Source: an uncultured Chthonomonadaceae bacterium (lineage in GTDB: Bacteria > Armatimonadota > Chthonomonadetes > Chthonomonadales > Chthonomonadaceae). Taken from it: a DNA stretch of 64,000 nt. The position numbers and the translations under genes were made by a program. This document shows, piece by piece, positions 1-11,030 of this stretch; within the stretch, counting starts at the first letter, position 1, and each line of letters opens with the position of its first letter. The notes below the pieces were generated by a model. It did not search any database. It was not told where the DNA came from and worked only from the letters and a program-made list of their open reading frames with translations. The DNA is taken from contig CAWIEK010000050.1 of assembly GCA_963835065.1 (NCBI GenBank), positions 1 to 64,000 of the forward strand, in the 5' to 3' direction.

Positions 1-948
1 GATCTTGCGCAAGACGCTCGAGTAGATTCGCGCCAAAAACATTCCGAGCAGCGAACCGCTAATGACATCGCCGGGATAATGCGCGCCCAGATAGATGCGT
101 GAGAAGGCGACCAGAGATGCCAGCCCGAAGAAGCCGCGCGCACTGCCAGGATATTCTCGTGCCAGCAACAGCGCGCCAGCAAATGCCGCGGCGCTGTGGC
201 CCGAGGGAAAGGAATAGCTGCCCGGTTTACGCCCCACGATGATTGCCTCCACCAAGGAGACAAAGGGTCTGCGGCGGCGAAACCACTTTTTGATCGGATG
301 CTCAACGGTCGTGGTGGCCAGCCAAAGGGCAGGCACCACGGCTCGCATCGCTTTCGAGCCACGCTGACGATCTATGAGCGTTGCGAGCAGGAGGAACAGC
401 AGCCAACCGGTGCCACCCGTCATCGCCCAACTCAGGCGAGTCATGAAGCGATCCGACAGCCGCGTGTGCGGAAGCTCGTTAATCTGCACGAAAGCGAAGG
501 TATCCACTGCCTGCAAAGGACCGAGCCGCTTAAACAGTTCTTGGCGCAAATGACGGCGGCCCCGACGCACGTCCGAAGGCGGCGCCTCGGATTCCTCTCC
601 GCCGCCCAAAGCCTCGGAGACGGATTCGTCCACGATCGCTTTTTCATCGGGTGCGGCATTCGCCGACTGGACGGCTGCGGTCGCGATCACGCTGGCCGCT
701 TGCGCCGCCGCCGGAAGGTCCCCGGCCTCCTCCATGGCTGCAGCCTGCTGCTCCGGCGAGGCGTCCGGCATTGCGCAGGCGACATCTTCTTCGCGCAAAT
801 CTCCTGCGGTCTTCTCAAGGGAATCCAGCGCACGCCTCGCCTGATCGGGAGTTTTGATTTCCTCGACGCCACGTTCGAGAGCCGCGCGCTCTCTCTCTTG
901 CGCTTTATCGTTATCGGATTTTCCGGTGCGGTCGTGCGAGTCAGGCAT
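1..948 (-). CDS. PAP2-family phosphatase (3' end outside window)
   Basis: Manual translation from ATG at 948 (AGAGGAG RBS) gives KKWFRRRRPF, SFPSGH and SRIYLGAHYPGD, the three PAP2 motifs. No stop in the window, so absent from the ORF track. Confidence 0.85.
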   Translation of the reverse strand, partial: MPDSHDRTGKSDNDKAQERERAALERGVEEIKTPDQARRALDSLEKTAGDLREEDVACAMPDASPEQQAAAMEEAGDLPAAAQAASVIATAAVQSANAAPDEKAIVDESVSEALGGGEESEAPPSDVRRGRRHLRQELFKRLGPLQAVDTFAFVQINELPHTRLSDRFMTRLSWAMTGGTGWLLFLLLATLIDRQRGSKAMRAVVPALWLATTTVEHPIKKWFRRRRPFVSLVEAIIVGRKPGSYSFPSGHSAAAFAGALLLAREYPGSARGFFGLASLVAFSRIYLGAHYPGDVISGSLLGMFLARIYSSVLRKI

Positions 949-960
949 GTGTCTCCTCTT

Positions 961-1914
961 TCAGGTCTCCACCACGGGATGTTTCGGCGCAAAGACTCTC
1001 AGAGCGCCAGGCAGGGCGCGCAGCTTGACCGGCGTCTTACCCAGCGGCCGACCGTCGATATGCACCGCAATGACGTTCGGCGACGCGAGTTCCATCTCCG
1101 CAGCGGAGAAGGTCTCGATCTTCGGCGAGTAGCGGTAGCGCCCTTGGGAGATCGAATGGAAATGACGAAATAGCTCCCATTTGCTAAAGCGCCGATAGAT
1201 GGAAAGCGTCAGTCGCCCGTCGCGCATGCGTGCGCCGGCGGCCACGGTGAACCCGCCGCCGTAGTAAGGACCGTTGGCTGCTACCACCAGCAGCGCCTTG
1301 CGGTGGATAGTCTTTCCGGCAAGAGCGCCCGCGCTCATCCGCGCTTGGCTTGGCGCGGGCAGCACCTCGGAGAGTGGACGGTCAAAAGTGATATTGAACT
1401 TTTGGGGCTGGTATTGGAGCGCGAGCCGCGCGGCCTGCACAATACGCGTCCAGCGTCCGCTTTTGATTTCCTCGCCAAGGGGAAACAGCGTCGCATCCAG
1501 TCCAGCACCCGCAGCTTCAAAGAAATAGTGGGTGTCGTTCGCAAGCCCGACGTCGATCTCACTGACATGTCCCTTGGCAATGATGTTCGTAGCGACAGGT
1601 AAATCCGCCAGCACGCCGATGCTGCGGGCGATGTTGTTGAAAGTGCCAATCGGCAAGATGCCCAGCGTTGCCGGCTTGTGAACCAATTCGCGCGCGACTT
1701 CGCTTACCGTCCCATCGCCGCCGCCGACGAGCACCACTTCGACACCTGCCGCCACGGCCTCCCGCGCTATCACCCCAGCGCCGCGCTTTTCTGTAATGTA
1801 ACAGACCTCCGCGACGAACGGCGCCGATGTCAGCCCCTTCTGAATCGTGTGGACCTTTTCCTCATTCGGTTCGTCGTCGCCTGAAACCGGGTTGATGATG
1901 AGCATGGCGCGCAT
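961..1914 (-). CDS. Diacylglycerol kinase family lipid kinase (YegS/BmrU-like)
   Basis: IINPVSG, GGDGTVSEV, LPIGTFNNIARS and NGPYYGGG motifs. Confidence 0.9.
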   Translation of the reverse strand: MRAMLIINPVSGDDEPNEEKVHTIQKGLTSAPFVAEVCYITEKRGAGVIAREAVAAGVEVVLVGGGDGTVSEVARELVHKPATLGILPIGTFNNIARSIGVLADLPVATNIIAKGHVSEIDVGLANDTHYFFEAAGAGLDATLFPLGEEIKSGRWTRIVQAARLALQYQPQKFNITFDRPLSEVLPAPSQARMSAGALAGKTIHRKALLVVAANGPYYGGGFTVAAGARMRDGRLTLSIYRRFSKWELFRHFHSISQGRYRYSPKIETFSAAEMELASPNVIAVHIDGRPLGKTPVKLRALPGALRVFAPKHPVVET

Positions 1915-2229
1915 ACTCAGGCCTCTTTATCGCCAGCGATAGTTGCTCGGCCGGCTCAGAGCCGAATCATTTTCATCCGGAGCGTCAAGGTGCGGACTAA
2001 CGAAAGCCAACAAAATCAGAAACCTTCCGGTCACGTAGTCGATGATCGCGGGGGAGCGGATGGAAATGTTTACCATACTTTGCTATTTCGCCAGACACGT
2101 GGCCGGTGGTTGCCCCGGTGAACTGGAGTTTGCAGAATACGCCGCTTTCTTTCGCTTGAGGGTTCACGGCTTTTACAGCCCCGCCTTTTTACGCCGCGGA
2201 CTTGCTTTTCGACTTCTGGAAGACTCTCC

Positions 2230-2433
2230 TCGGAGGACGGAAACCAAGTCGATCCGCCTATGACAAGGAGCGTTACCGCCAACGCAACCGGGTCGAGCGT
2301 TTGGTGGGCCGCCTCAAGCAGTTCCGGGCCGTGGCCACGCGCTACGACAAGCTCGATGGCATGTTTGGCGGCTTGGTCGTGCTATGTCTGGCGGGCATTG
2401 CCCTGAGATAATCTAACTGTGAACAGACCCTAG
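2230..2433 (+). pseudogene. IS5-family transposase C-terminal remnant with probable right end
   Basis: YDKERYRQRNRVERLVGRLKQFRAVATRYDKL is a typical IS5 C-terminus. It is followed by tgtgaacagaccCTAG. The N-terminus is absent. Confidence 0.75.
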
Positions 2434-2450
2434 CCCGCTTCATCGCCGGT

Positions 2451-4922
2451 CTATGCGGAAGCTTGGGCCCGGATCTGAGCGCCGACCTTCTTGGGATCGG
2501 GGCTGGGTTGCAGGGATACGCGAACGGATTTGTAAGTCGGCTGATTGCTTTTGTCGGCAACACTTGTGATCGGCACCAGGACGTTGCCTTCCGGGTAGTA
2601 GGTAGCAACGCAACCCCGCGGAATGTCATACGGCACCACCAAAAAGTGGGCGGCATGCCGCGTTCGATCCGCAAAGTGGCTCGTGATATCGACTGGTTGG
2701 CCAGCCACAAAACCGCTCGCTTCCACGTCTTTCGGGTTCATGAACAGCACCCGCCGTCCGTTGAAGATCCCGCGATAACGATCGTCCAGCCCGTAAATCG
2801 TCGTGTTGAACTGGTCATGCGAACGCATCGTCATCAGGGCAAACTCGCCGGAGCCGACTTCAAACGGACAGATGGGGTTGGCGGTCAGCACGGCTTTCCC
2901 TTCTTCCGTGGGGAACTCCCGCCGTTCTCGCGGAAGGTTTGGCAGGTAGAAAATGCTCTTCTTGATCCGGGTATTGAAATCTTTGAAGCCCGGAATCACC
3001 GCAGCGATTTCGTCCCGGATGCGGTCGTAATCGGCGGCCAGTTCTTCCCAGCGGACTTTCGATCGTTTCCCTAAAACGGCCGTGGCCATCCCGGCGATGA
3101 TCGCCACTTCGCTCAGAAGGTGTTCGGAAGCCGGCGGCAGGTGTCCTCGGGACGGATTTATAATGCCCATGCTGTCTTCCGCCGTCACAAACTGCACGGT
3201 ACCGTCCGGCTTCAAGTCGACTTCGCTTCGCCCGAGACACGGCAGCAGTAAGGCTCTACGGCCAGTCACCAGATGCGACCGGTTTAACTTGGTGGCAACG
3301 CCCACCGTAAGGCTGCAGCGCTGCAAAGCTTCTGCAATAAAATTGGTGTCCGGCCCGGCACCGAGCAGATTGCCGCCCAGGGACACAAAAACCTTGATGT
3401 CGCCGCGATGCATGGCGATGAGCGAGTCAACGGTGTCTTTACCTTCCTCACGAGGCGGTTTGAAGCCGTACCGTCCCTCTAGCGCATCCAGGAAGGCGGC
3501 GGGGGCACGTTCCCAGATGCCCATCGTGCGATCGCCCTGCACGTTGCTGTGGCCCCGCACGCAGCAGGGCCCTGCCCCCGGGCGCCCGATGTTGCCGCGC
3601 AGCAGCATGAAGTTGAGAACTTCCCGGATGGTTTCGACCGCGTTTTTGTGCTGGGTCAATCCCATTGCCCAGCAGCAAATGGTGGCCTTGGATCGCATCG
3701 CCATTTCCGCCGTGTGACGGATCTGTTCCCGGCTCAGCCCGGACACCGTCGTGATTTGATCCCAAGAGGCCGACCGGAGGCTTTCGATCAGGTCGTCGTA
3801 GCCGACCGTGTACCGGCGAATGAAGTCATGATCAAAAACGCTGCCCGGGCGTTTCTCCTCTTCGGCCAGCATTTCCTTCATGATCCCTTTGAACAGGGCG
3901 AGGTCGCCGTTGATTTTTACCGGCAGCCACACGTCCGAAAGTCTGGTGCCGTGGTGCAGAAGGTTCGGTACCCCCTTCAAAGGGTTCTTGAACTTCTGCG
4001 GATCCTCAAACCGGAAGTTGCCGGTCTCGGGCAGGGGATTGATGCTGACGATCTTCGCGCCTCGTTCCTTGGCCGCTTCCAGGGAACTGAGCATGCGCGG
4101 GTGGTTGGTGCCCGGGTTTTGCCCGATGACAAAAATCAGGTCGGTATGGAGAAAATCATCCAGCGTCACCGTTCCCTTACCGATACCGATCACCTTGTTA
4201 AGGGCGGTGCCGCTGGATTCGTGGCACATATTTGAACAATCGGGCAGGTTATTGGTGCCGAACTCGCGGACAAAAAGTTGGTAAAGGTAAGCCGGTTCGT
4301 TCATCAATTTACCGGACGTGTAAAACGTGGCCTCGTCCGGCGAAGATAAGCCGTTGAGTTCCTCAGCCACCAGGCGGAACGCCTCATCCCACGTGATCGG
4401 TTCGTAGTGGCTGGCGCCCTGCCGTATAACCATCGGATGGGTAAGCCGGCCTTGCTTGTTGAGCCAGAAATCGGTCCGGGCCAGCAAGTCGGCGACGCTG
4501 TGCTGCTTGAAGAATTCCAGGGTAACCCTTGCCTTGGTGCCTTCGTCGGCGATCGCCTTGGCCCCGTTCTCGCAGAATTCCGCCACCTTGCGGTGCTTAT
4601 CGGGGCTGGGCCAGGCGCAGCTCTGGCAGTCAAACCCGTCCACTTTGTTAACCTTGAGCAGGGACTCGGTGCCTTGGAAGACGCCGATGTTGCCCCAGAC
4701 GTACCGAAGCGTTTGCCAGACGGCGGGCAGACCCGCTGCCGCCTCGAACCGTTTGCCCAGGTGCACCGAAGCGGTGTCGTCAGGCGATTCCACCCCTGGC
4801 ACCGCACCGTCAGGAGCAAGGTTCGGGTCGTGTGTGGCGTCTTCGTACTCGTGCACATGGCCTACAGCGTCGGGTGGGTCTGAGGCAGGGGAAGATGAAC
4901 GACCGAGGGGATTTTCTGCCAT
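2451..4922 (-). CDS. FdhF/YdeP-family molybdopterin oxidoreductase
   Basis: GFDCQSCAWP, EFCENGAKA, NNLPDCSNMCHESSG, RGHSNVQGDRTMG and RSHDQFNTTIYG. Confidence 0.93.
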   Translation of the reverse strand: MAENPLGRSSSPASDPPDAVGHVHEYEDATHDPNLAPDGAVPGVESPDDTASVHLGKRFEAAAGLPAVWQTLRYVWGNIGVFQGTESLLKVNKVDGFDCQSCAWPSPDKHRKVAEFCENGAKAIADEGTKARVTLEFFKQHSVADLLARTDFWLNKQGRLTHPMVIRQGASHYEPITWDEAFRLVAEELNGLSSPDEATFYTSGKLMNEPAYLYQLFVREFGTNNLPDCSNMCHESSGTALNKVIGIGKGTVTLDDFLHTDLIFVIGQNPGTNHPRMLSSLEAAKERGAKIVSINPLPETGNFRFEDPQKFKNPLKGVPNLLHHGTRLSDVWLPVKINGDLALFKGIMKEMLAEEEKRPGSVFDHDFIRRYTVGYDDLIESLRSASWDQITTVSGLSREQIRHTAEMAMRSKATICCWAMGLTQHKNAVETIREVLNFMLLRGNIGRPGAGPCCVRGHSNVQGDRTMGIWERAPAAFLDALEGRYGFKPPREEGKDTVDSLIAMHRGDIKVFVSLGGNLLGAGPDTNFIAEALQRCSLTVGVATKLNRSHLVTGRRALLLPCLGRSEVDLKPDGTVQFVTAEDSMGIINPSRGHLPPASEHLLSEVAIIAGMATAVLGKRSKVRWEELAADYDRIRDEIAAVIPGFKDFNTRIKKSIFYLPNLPRERREFPTEEGKAVLTANPICPFEVGSGEFALMTMRSHDQFNTTIYGLDDRYRGIFNGRRVLFMNPKDVEASGFVAGQPVDITSHFADRTRHAAHFLVVPYDIPRGCVATYYPEGNVLVPITSVADKSNQPTYKSVRVSLQPSPDPKKVGAQIRAQASA

Positions 4923-5462
4923 AAAAACAACCTTTTACGTGTTTCGAGCCGGATGGCAGCGTGGATGTGCCGTTCGCTCCCAAACTCCCCGAAAGCTTAC
5001 GCGTGGCGTGGCGTTGTCAAATTCCAAATTAAATGCGACTGAATCTCCCAAATTATTTGCGAACTGAGAAGACTGCCAAACTGAAGCAGTAGAGATGAAC
5101 GGCAGGAGGCATAGCAGGAACGCTCGCCTTCTGGCAAAGAGCGGTTAAAGGCGGCCTGAAAGTAGCCGAATCGGGTCTGTTGGCAATTTTGTAAGCTTCT
5201 CTTGGCTAGCCATTTGCGATTTCCCGGTGGTTAATATGGGGATGACCGAGCGACCGTCTCCATTCGCAGATAATGTGCTACCGTTCGCGCTCAATTTGCG
5301 CGGAGCAGCCCATATTCGCAAATAATTTGCGACTTTACACTAGCGCGCCTGGCCGTATTGCCCTTCCGCTACGCTAAAAGCGTCGGCACCCTGAACTGTT
5401 TCCCGGAATACTGCAAGCCTCACGCCGAAACGTGTCGCTTTTCGGCGACTCCCACTCTTAGC

Positions 5463-6876
5463 GGAGCTATAACCGAAAGTTGTGGATGAGGAGATAAAGA
5501 AAGGCGCATCCTTTCAATCAGAAAAAGAAACAAGGCTGCCTCACTCGAGGACGCCAAAAAAGAAAGGATGCACCAGTGCCAGAGAGTAAAGTGATCTCGC
5601 TTGAAGAGCGAGCAAAAGAAGAACAAAAGCCGTTTCTGGAGCAGTTACTGAGGGAAGGAGCCAGGAAGCTGTTACAGGCAGCGATCGAGAACGAAGTGCT
5701 CGACTATATCCAATTCCACAAGGGTCGAGTGGATGAGAACGGGCAACGGCTGGTGGTACGCAATGGGCACCTGCCGGAGCGGGAGGTGGTCAGTGGAGCG
5801 GGCCCGATACCAGTTCGTCAGCCACGGGTCCGGCACCGGGACAAGGGTCGCTTTTCCAGTGCGATTCTGCCCAAGTATATGCGTCGGGTTCCCAGTGTGG
5901 ACGCTTTGATTCCAGCCCTGTACCTCAAAGGGATCTCTACCGGAGATTTCAGCGAAGCATTGAGCGCCATTTTGGGCGAAGGAGCCAGTGGGCTTTCTGC
6001 CACCAACATCGTCAGACTCAAGAGCAGTTGGGAAACTGATTACAAGGCTTGGAGTCAGCGTGATTTGAGTCAAAAGCGTTACGTTTATTGGTGGGCCGAC
6101 GGAGTCTATTTCAACGTTCGACTCGACGAAGAGCGGACCTGTGTGCTGGTCTTGATCGGAGCCACCGAGGATGGCACCAAAGAATTGCTAGCAGTGGTTG
6201 ACGGTTATCGCGAAAGCACCCAATCCTGGCGTGAACTGCTTGGGCAGCTCAAGCGCCTGGGCCTATCGGCCGCGCCGAAGCTGGCCATTGGTGATGGATC
6301 GCTGGGCTTCTGGATCGCTCTGCAGGAAGAATATGGCCCGGTCGCCAGAGCAGCGTTGCTGGGTCCATAAGACCGCCAATATCCTGGATAAAATGCCTAA
6401 GAGTGTTCAGGGCAAAGCGAAGCAACTGATCCATGAAATGTACCTGGCGCCGACCCGCAAAGCCGCTCTGGCAGCCTACGATCAGTTCATCTCCAGTTAC
6501 CAAATCAAATTCCCGAAAGCCTGCGAATGCCTGGCGAAAGATAAAGAGGTGCTGTTTACCTTTTACGACTTCCCAGCCCAACATTGGCCGCATTTACGGA
6601 CCACCAATCCCATCGAATCCACTTTTGCTACCGTCCGATTACGAACTCAGCGAACAAAAGGTTGCGGTTCACGGATCGCGACCCTGACGATGGTCTTCAA
6701 ACTTGGTCTGGAAGCCCAAAAGCATTGGCGCCGGCTGCAGGGATTCGAACTAATTCCAAAGGTAGTTACCGGTGTCCGTTTCGTCGATGGTGAAGAACAA
6801 ACCCAACAGGCCGCTTAATCAATCATTTCAACAAGGATGCGCCCGTCTTCGATACACAACATTTGACAATATCTCC
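5463..6876 (+). mobile_element. IS256-family insertion sequence
   Basis: Imperfect terminal IRs: ggagctataaccgaaagttgtggat versus ggagatattgtcaaatgttgtgtat (reverse complement of right end), 18/25 matches. They enclose a transposase. No clear TSD seen. Confidence 0.85.
5576..6818 (+). CDS. IS256 (Mutator-type) DDE transposase, one frameshift near 6345
   Basis: ORFs 5576..6370 and 6198..6818 join: LYLKGISTGDF, YWWADGVY, IGDGSLGFW, QRCWVHK, RTTNPIES. Confidence 0.9.
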
Positions 6877-7466
6877 CTCCGACGCGTCGGATACCTTTAA
6901 GCGTTCTGCCGTCGGTTGGCATTCCTACTAGTCTGAATACCTCTCGAACGGCCAAGTGAATGGTCCTGACAGATTTCCGTAACCTGGAAGCACCAGCATC
7001 CGCCACGACCAGTGGCGATACTGCTGCTCCCTTAAATACCCTTTCCTGGTAGAACCGCACCTGTCCTCGCAGCTCAATTTTCGCGATTTCTCGAAGAATG
7101 CGCTTCGCAAGTTGGGAGTACAGAACCTCTGACGCTTCAGTTTTGCCGACCGTTTGCTCGCGACGGGAGCGGCAATCTGCTCGCAAAATGTCTCACTGCA
7201 ATAATCACCAAAAAGCCATTGTTTCGCACGAAACGCGCTAATTAGTAACAAGAATGAACCTTAAATACAATATATAATATAACAACTACTCTAGAACAGT
7301 CTGGAATCTTAAAGAGTTTGTTCCGGTGAAGATTTCGAGCGGCCAATTTCAACACTGTACGATCGAGAACCTCATGGTTTCGGGAATGGTCTGGAGTCGC
7401 CAGCATGAGAACGACCGCGAGAATCGAGAGATGCACGGCTCAGTCCAACAGCAATCTCACCTTAGG

Positions 7467-7754
7467 ATGAAGTTCCTCCCAAGGCTTTTTTTCAGTTTCT
7501 CTATATTCATCGCGGCGTTGCTCTGCACCAACGAGACATCTAAAGCCGAGGAAAGAATATTTGGAACAATCCTCGATGAGGAAGCGGACACTTATCTAGT
7601 TGAAGCAGAAGACGGAACTCGGTACAAGGTCGAGTGGAACGCCGGTAGCACACTTTGGAGCGTCGGTGATGAGGCGATTCTGACGACCGGGTCTGGGTTC
7701 GGATTATGGTTTACGGCACCAATCGCACTTCACGTATCGATAGAAGACAACTGA
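7467..7754 (+). CDS. Small hypothetical secreted protein
   Basis: Signal-peptide-like start (MKFLPRLFFSFSIFIAALLC) then a beta-rich acidic segment. The C-terminus may be frameshifted. Confidence 0.4.
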   Translation: MKFLPRLFFSFSIFIAALLCTNETSKAEERIFGTILDEEADTYLVEAEDGTRYKVEWNAGSTLWSVGDEAILTTGSGFGLWFTAPIALHVSIEDN

Positions 7755-8263
7755 GGAAAGCAGTCTCGATGAAAGCACGAATGCGGATTCGGATTCAGAG
7801 CAGTGATTTCGCGATATATGCAACTCACTGGGACACCAATCCATCCGCCCGTTCAATTGCCGCGTTGAGTCGCTCGACGGCCTTTGCATAGTCGTTGCCT
7901 TGTAACGTGAGCGGTTTACTGTCGGTCTGCTTCCGGTACAGTCGGACAGCATCCACAAGTTCACTCAAAGCGTCTGTCCGATCTCTGAGCGCCTTATTTA
8001 CGCCGTCCTTAACAACGCGGCCTTCCAGATCGACAGTCTTTCTCGCTGGCGGCGGCAACTCGATGTTTGCAGATTTCTTTTAGCGCCCAACGGAATTCCT
8101 GAAGGTTTTCCTAAGCGCGGCGTCTGGACGTTCTGGATGCCTCGACTTCGTCCAGCAGGTTCTGCAACTCGCGGGGTGTCATGGCCTGACAGTGTTCATT
8201 AGAGTACATGTGGTCAAGCTCTGAAGAATCCGTCGCCCTTCCAACGGCGAAACAAGTTGCACT

Positions 8264-8440
8264 ATGGCCGACGACACCGCAAAACGCGATTACCGGGACC
8301 GCGATCGGATCAATGTCCACGAAGACTACGAACTCCGATATTGGACAAAGGAGCTTGGAGTGACCCCTGAAAAGCTTAAGCAGACAGTTGAGAAGGTGGG
8401 CGTAATGGCCACCGATGTTCGCAAGGCGCTTGGGAAATAA
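8264..8440 (+). CDS. DUF3606-domain small protein
   Basis: Manual translation: MADDTAKRDYRDRDRINVHEDYELRYWTKELGVTPEKLKQTVEKVGVMATDVRKALGK (58 aa, below the ORF-track cutoff). Confidence 0.8.
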   Translation: MADDTAKRDYRDRDRINVHEDYELRYWTKELGVTPEKLKQTVEKVGVMATDVRKALGK

Positions 8441-8669
8441 CCGGAGTTGGGTGACGAAGCGTGCGAAGGATTATCCAGATCAGCACCACAGCCTCCAGCA
8501 GAGAGTTATTTCGCCCTGTGCGATGACGGATAATTTATTGGGGTTCAGGGCCAACCACCCCGGCTGGGTGCGGCTGCCCGGACATCCCGCAGGAGTCAAC
8601 GCCGGAGGAACGCGAGAACCCGGTATGGCGATGGGAGTGAGAAAAGTTGCACGGAGTGGCAGCTTCCAG

Positions 8670-9512
8670 ATGGGACAGCGCATGAGCAGCGGAATGTGGA
8701 TGTTGGTGTCGTACAGGCCGTGATGGTCGAACCAGTGCCCGTGTTCGTCCAGTTCTTCGCCATGATCGGCAGTGACGACAACCAGCGTATCGGAAGCCAG
8801 GCCAAGTTCTTCCAAATGCGTCAGGATGTGCGCAAAGCAGGCGTCCATATACGCGATGCAGGCGTCGTACTGCGCTTTGGGAAATTCAATGTCCGTGACG
8901 CCGGGCATCCACTCGGCAAAATACCGCCGGAAATTTTCAAACGCCCACACTTCCTCCATGCTGCGGTTAGTGGGGTCTTTTTCATTGCCCGCGTAAAACA
9001 TGCGGTCGAACGGCGCGGGCGGCAGATAGGGCGTATGCGGGTCCCAAAAGTGGAAGAACAGGAAAAACGGCTGATCCTGCGCGGCGGCTTCGCTCAATAC
9101 TTTCAGCGCGGTTTGTGCCACCGCTTCGCCCTTGCGCCAGTCGCGGGGCGCGCTCGTATCCCATCCATACCCCTCGTAATGGTCTATACCGCGCGCAAAC
9201 CAGCGCCCTAAATTGTCCGCCGCGCCCGTATAATACCCTTCCTCCCGCAGCAGTTCCGCCAGCATTTTGATGTCAGGCGGCGGTTCAGGCGTTCCCGATT
9301 GACTGGTAATCTGGTGCGCGTACAAATCCTTGCCCGTCATCATGCGTCGTATGGCCGGGATAGGTCGGGATATGCGGGCTGAAAAAGTCCGTAAACAGCA
9401 CCCCTTCTTCCGCCAGGCGGTCAAGGTGCGGACTGGTACGCCGAAAATGCCCGTAGCAGGAAAGCCGGTCGGCGCGCGTGGTATCGAGGCTGACAAGGAT
9501 GATGTTGGTCAT
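8670..9512 (-). CDS. Sulfatase-like alkaline phosphatase superfamily enzyme, frameshift near 9345, C-terminus truncated near 8670
   Basis: NIILVSLDTTRAD, FFHFWDPHTPY, VTADHGEE and DHHGLYD. Sulfatase-like sequence ends after PLLMRCP. Confidence 0.8.
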
Positions 9513-9516
9513 AAAC

Positions 9517-9607
9517 GTAGGGAGTAGGGAGTAGGGGGTAGGGATAGGAGAAGCAAGTTTAACAGGCGCATTGCCTACTCCCTACCCCCTACTCCCTACT
9601 CCCTCCT
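9517..9607. repeat. Inverted heptamer-repeat hairpin (GTAGGGA)n ... (TCCCTAC)n
   Basis: Directly visible tandem 7-mers in inverted arrangement. Confidence 0.85.
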
Positions 9608-11030
9608 ATTTGTCTTTCCACTTCACATGGCCGTCGGCGTAGAGGATGGCGACGCCGCCGGGTCCGGGGTAGGTTCCGAGAATGGTTTCGGAGGGTTTGC
9701 CGATGTCCTTGAGCGCGCCACCGCCGTAGGTGTAATTCAGGCCATCCAGAACGCTGTCATCTCTCAGGTAGGGAGAAGTCACGTCAGCGGTTGCGGGGAA
9801 AACTTCGTCGTAATCCTGGCAGTACATAAGCAGTGAAACCGCGGCTTGTTTGGCGTTGCGCAGGACAAGGTCGCGCAGGGTTCGGGTAAACGCTTCGCGC
9901 GGCAGGTGGGCCAGGGGCGTGACAAGCGCGACGCCCTGCGACAGATACAAAACGGCGTCGCCACGCGGCGACATTTGCGCGTTCACGCCGTCCGCGCAAA
10001 GCAAGGTACGCGCCTGTTCGCTTTTCAGGTCACATTCCAGCCACAGGGGACGGGTATGGTGACGCGCCGCGCCTTCGCTCAACACCTGCGACGTTTGGCG
10101 AATATGGAGCGGCCCGGCATAGACTGCGACCCTCGGCGCTTTTTCCATTAAGGGAGCGGGCATTTTGTCCATCCGCGTGATTGCGCCGGTTGCGGCATCC
10201 ATGCGCGCGAAGCGTTGTACCTCCTTGTCGGCAATCGCTGCCGCGTTGCCGGTTTTGTCAGTTGTTTTATCACCGGCCACTTTTTCAAACCAATGCAGCA
10301 GCAGCGCGCTGCCGTCGGGCATCCATTCCACGCCAAGCGTCGGCTCTTTCGGCAGGGCAAGCGCAGGTCCGGCCACGCCACTGCTATCCAGAATACGCGC
10401 GGTCTGCTCTTTCATATCATGCAGCACAATTTGCGGCTTCGTGGGCGAAGTGACGAAGGGCAGCCAGGAGGGGAGCGATACCTCGCGCGCTTGTTCGCGG
10501 AGGGCGTCAATCAGCAGCAGCGCGTGGTGAGACGTTACCTCTATCTTTTGCACATTCTGCGCGTCCGGCTGCTGCGTCGTTTCCAGCCATTCAAGCGTCA
10601 GCACGGCGGTTTGCGAGGCGGGCAGCCATGACAAACTGCCCACTGTCGAGCGTTCTTCGGAGGGCGGCAGGCTGCGATGCTTCCACACGGTCACGCCCCG
10701 TTTTGTCGCCAGATTCCACAAAACCACGCTTGTTTCCACAGGCGGCAGTTCCAGCGTTTGCGCATTGGGACGCGCATCGGGAATATCCGCGCAAACGGCA
10801 AGAACGCGCCGGCCATCCGGCGACCACGCGGCCAAATCCACCTGTCCCGCCACCACGTGGGGCGGCTGCGCCACAATCGCTTCATTCGCCAACCAGACAT
10901 AATGCGGCAGGGCGGAACGGCCTCGATTTTGCGCCTGCCCTCGTAATCCCGTCAGCGCCATGGCCGCGCCGCCCGCCACTGCCGCCACTGCTATAAGCTG
11001 TTTCCATTCCGTTCTTGTGTTTCCGCGCAT
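9606..11030 (-). CDS. Secreted TolB/WD40-like protein with C-terminal DUF1559/H-X9-DG-like module
   Basis: N-terminal hydrophobic segment, WSPDG/WMPDG/MSPRG repeats, C-terminal NAKQAAVSLLMYCQDYDE...ILYADGHVKW. Confidence 0.65.
   Translation of the reverse strand: MRGNTRTEWKQLIAVAAVAGGAAMALTGLRGQAQNRGRSALPHYVWLANEAIVAQPPHVVAGQVDLAAWSPDGRRVLAVCADIPDARPNAQTLELPPVETSVVLWNLATKRGVTVWKHRSLPPSEERSTVGSLSWLPASQTAVLTLEWLETTQQPDAQNVQKIEVTSHHALLLIDALREQAREVSLPSWLPFVTSPTKPQIVLHDMKEQTARILDSSGVAGPALALPKEPTLGVEWMPDGSALLLHWFEKVAGDKTTDKTGNAAAIADKEVQRFARMDAATGAITRMDKMPAPLMEKAPRVAVYAGPLHIRQTSQVLSEGAARHHTRPLWLECDLKSEQARTLLCADGVNAQMSPRGDAVLYLSQGVALVTPLAHLPREAFTRTLRDLVLRNAKQAAVSLLMYCQDYDEVFPATADVTSPYLRDDSVLDGLNYTYGGGALKDIGKPSETILGTYPGPGGVAILYADGHVKWKDK

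Noticed and set aside
196..1173. 325-aa plus-strand ORF and other long antisense ORFs (26840..28117, 32474..33781, 55006..56052)
   Set aside because: They are shadow ORFs opposite well-supported genes in GC-rich DNA
6198..6370. Programmed frameshift in the IS256 transposase
   Set aside because: IS256 transposases are single-ORF, no slippery site is evident, and indels are common across the window
7825..8185. Minus-strand hypothetical gene (MTPRELQNLLDEVE...)
   Set aside because: It is interrupted by a stop and a frame change, and I recognise no family
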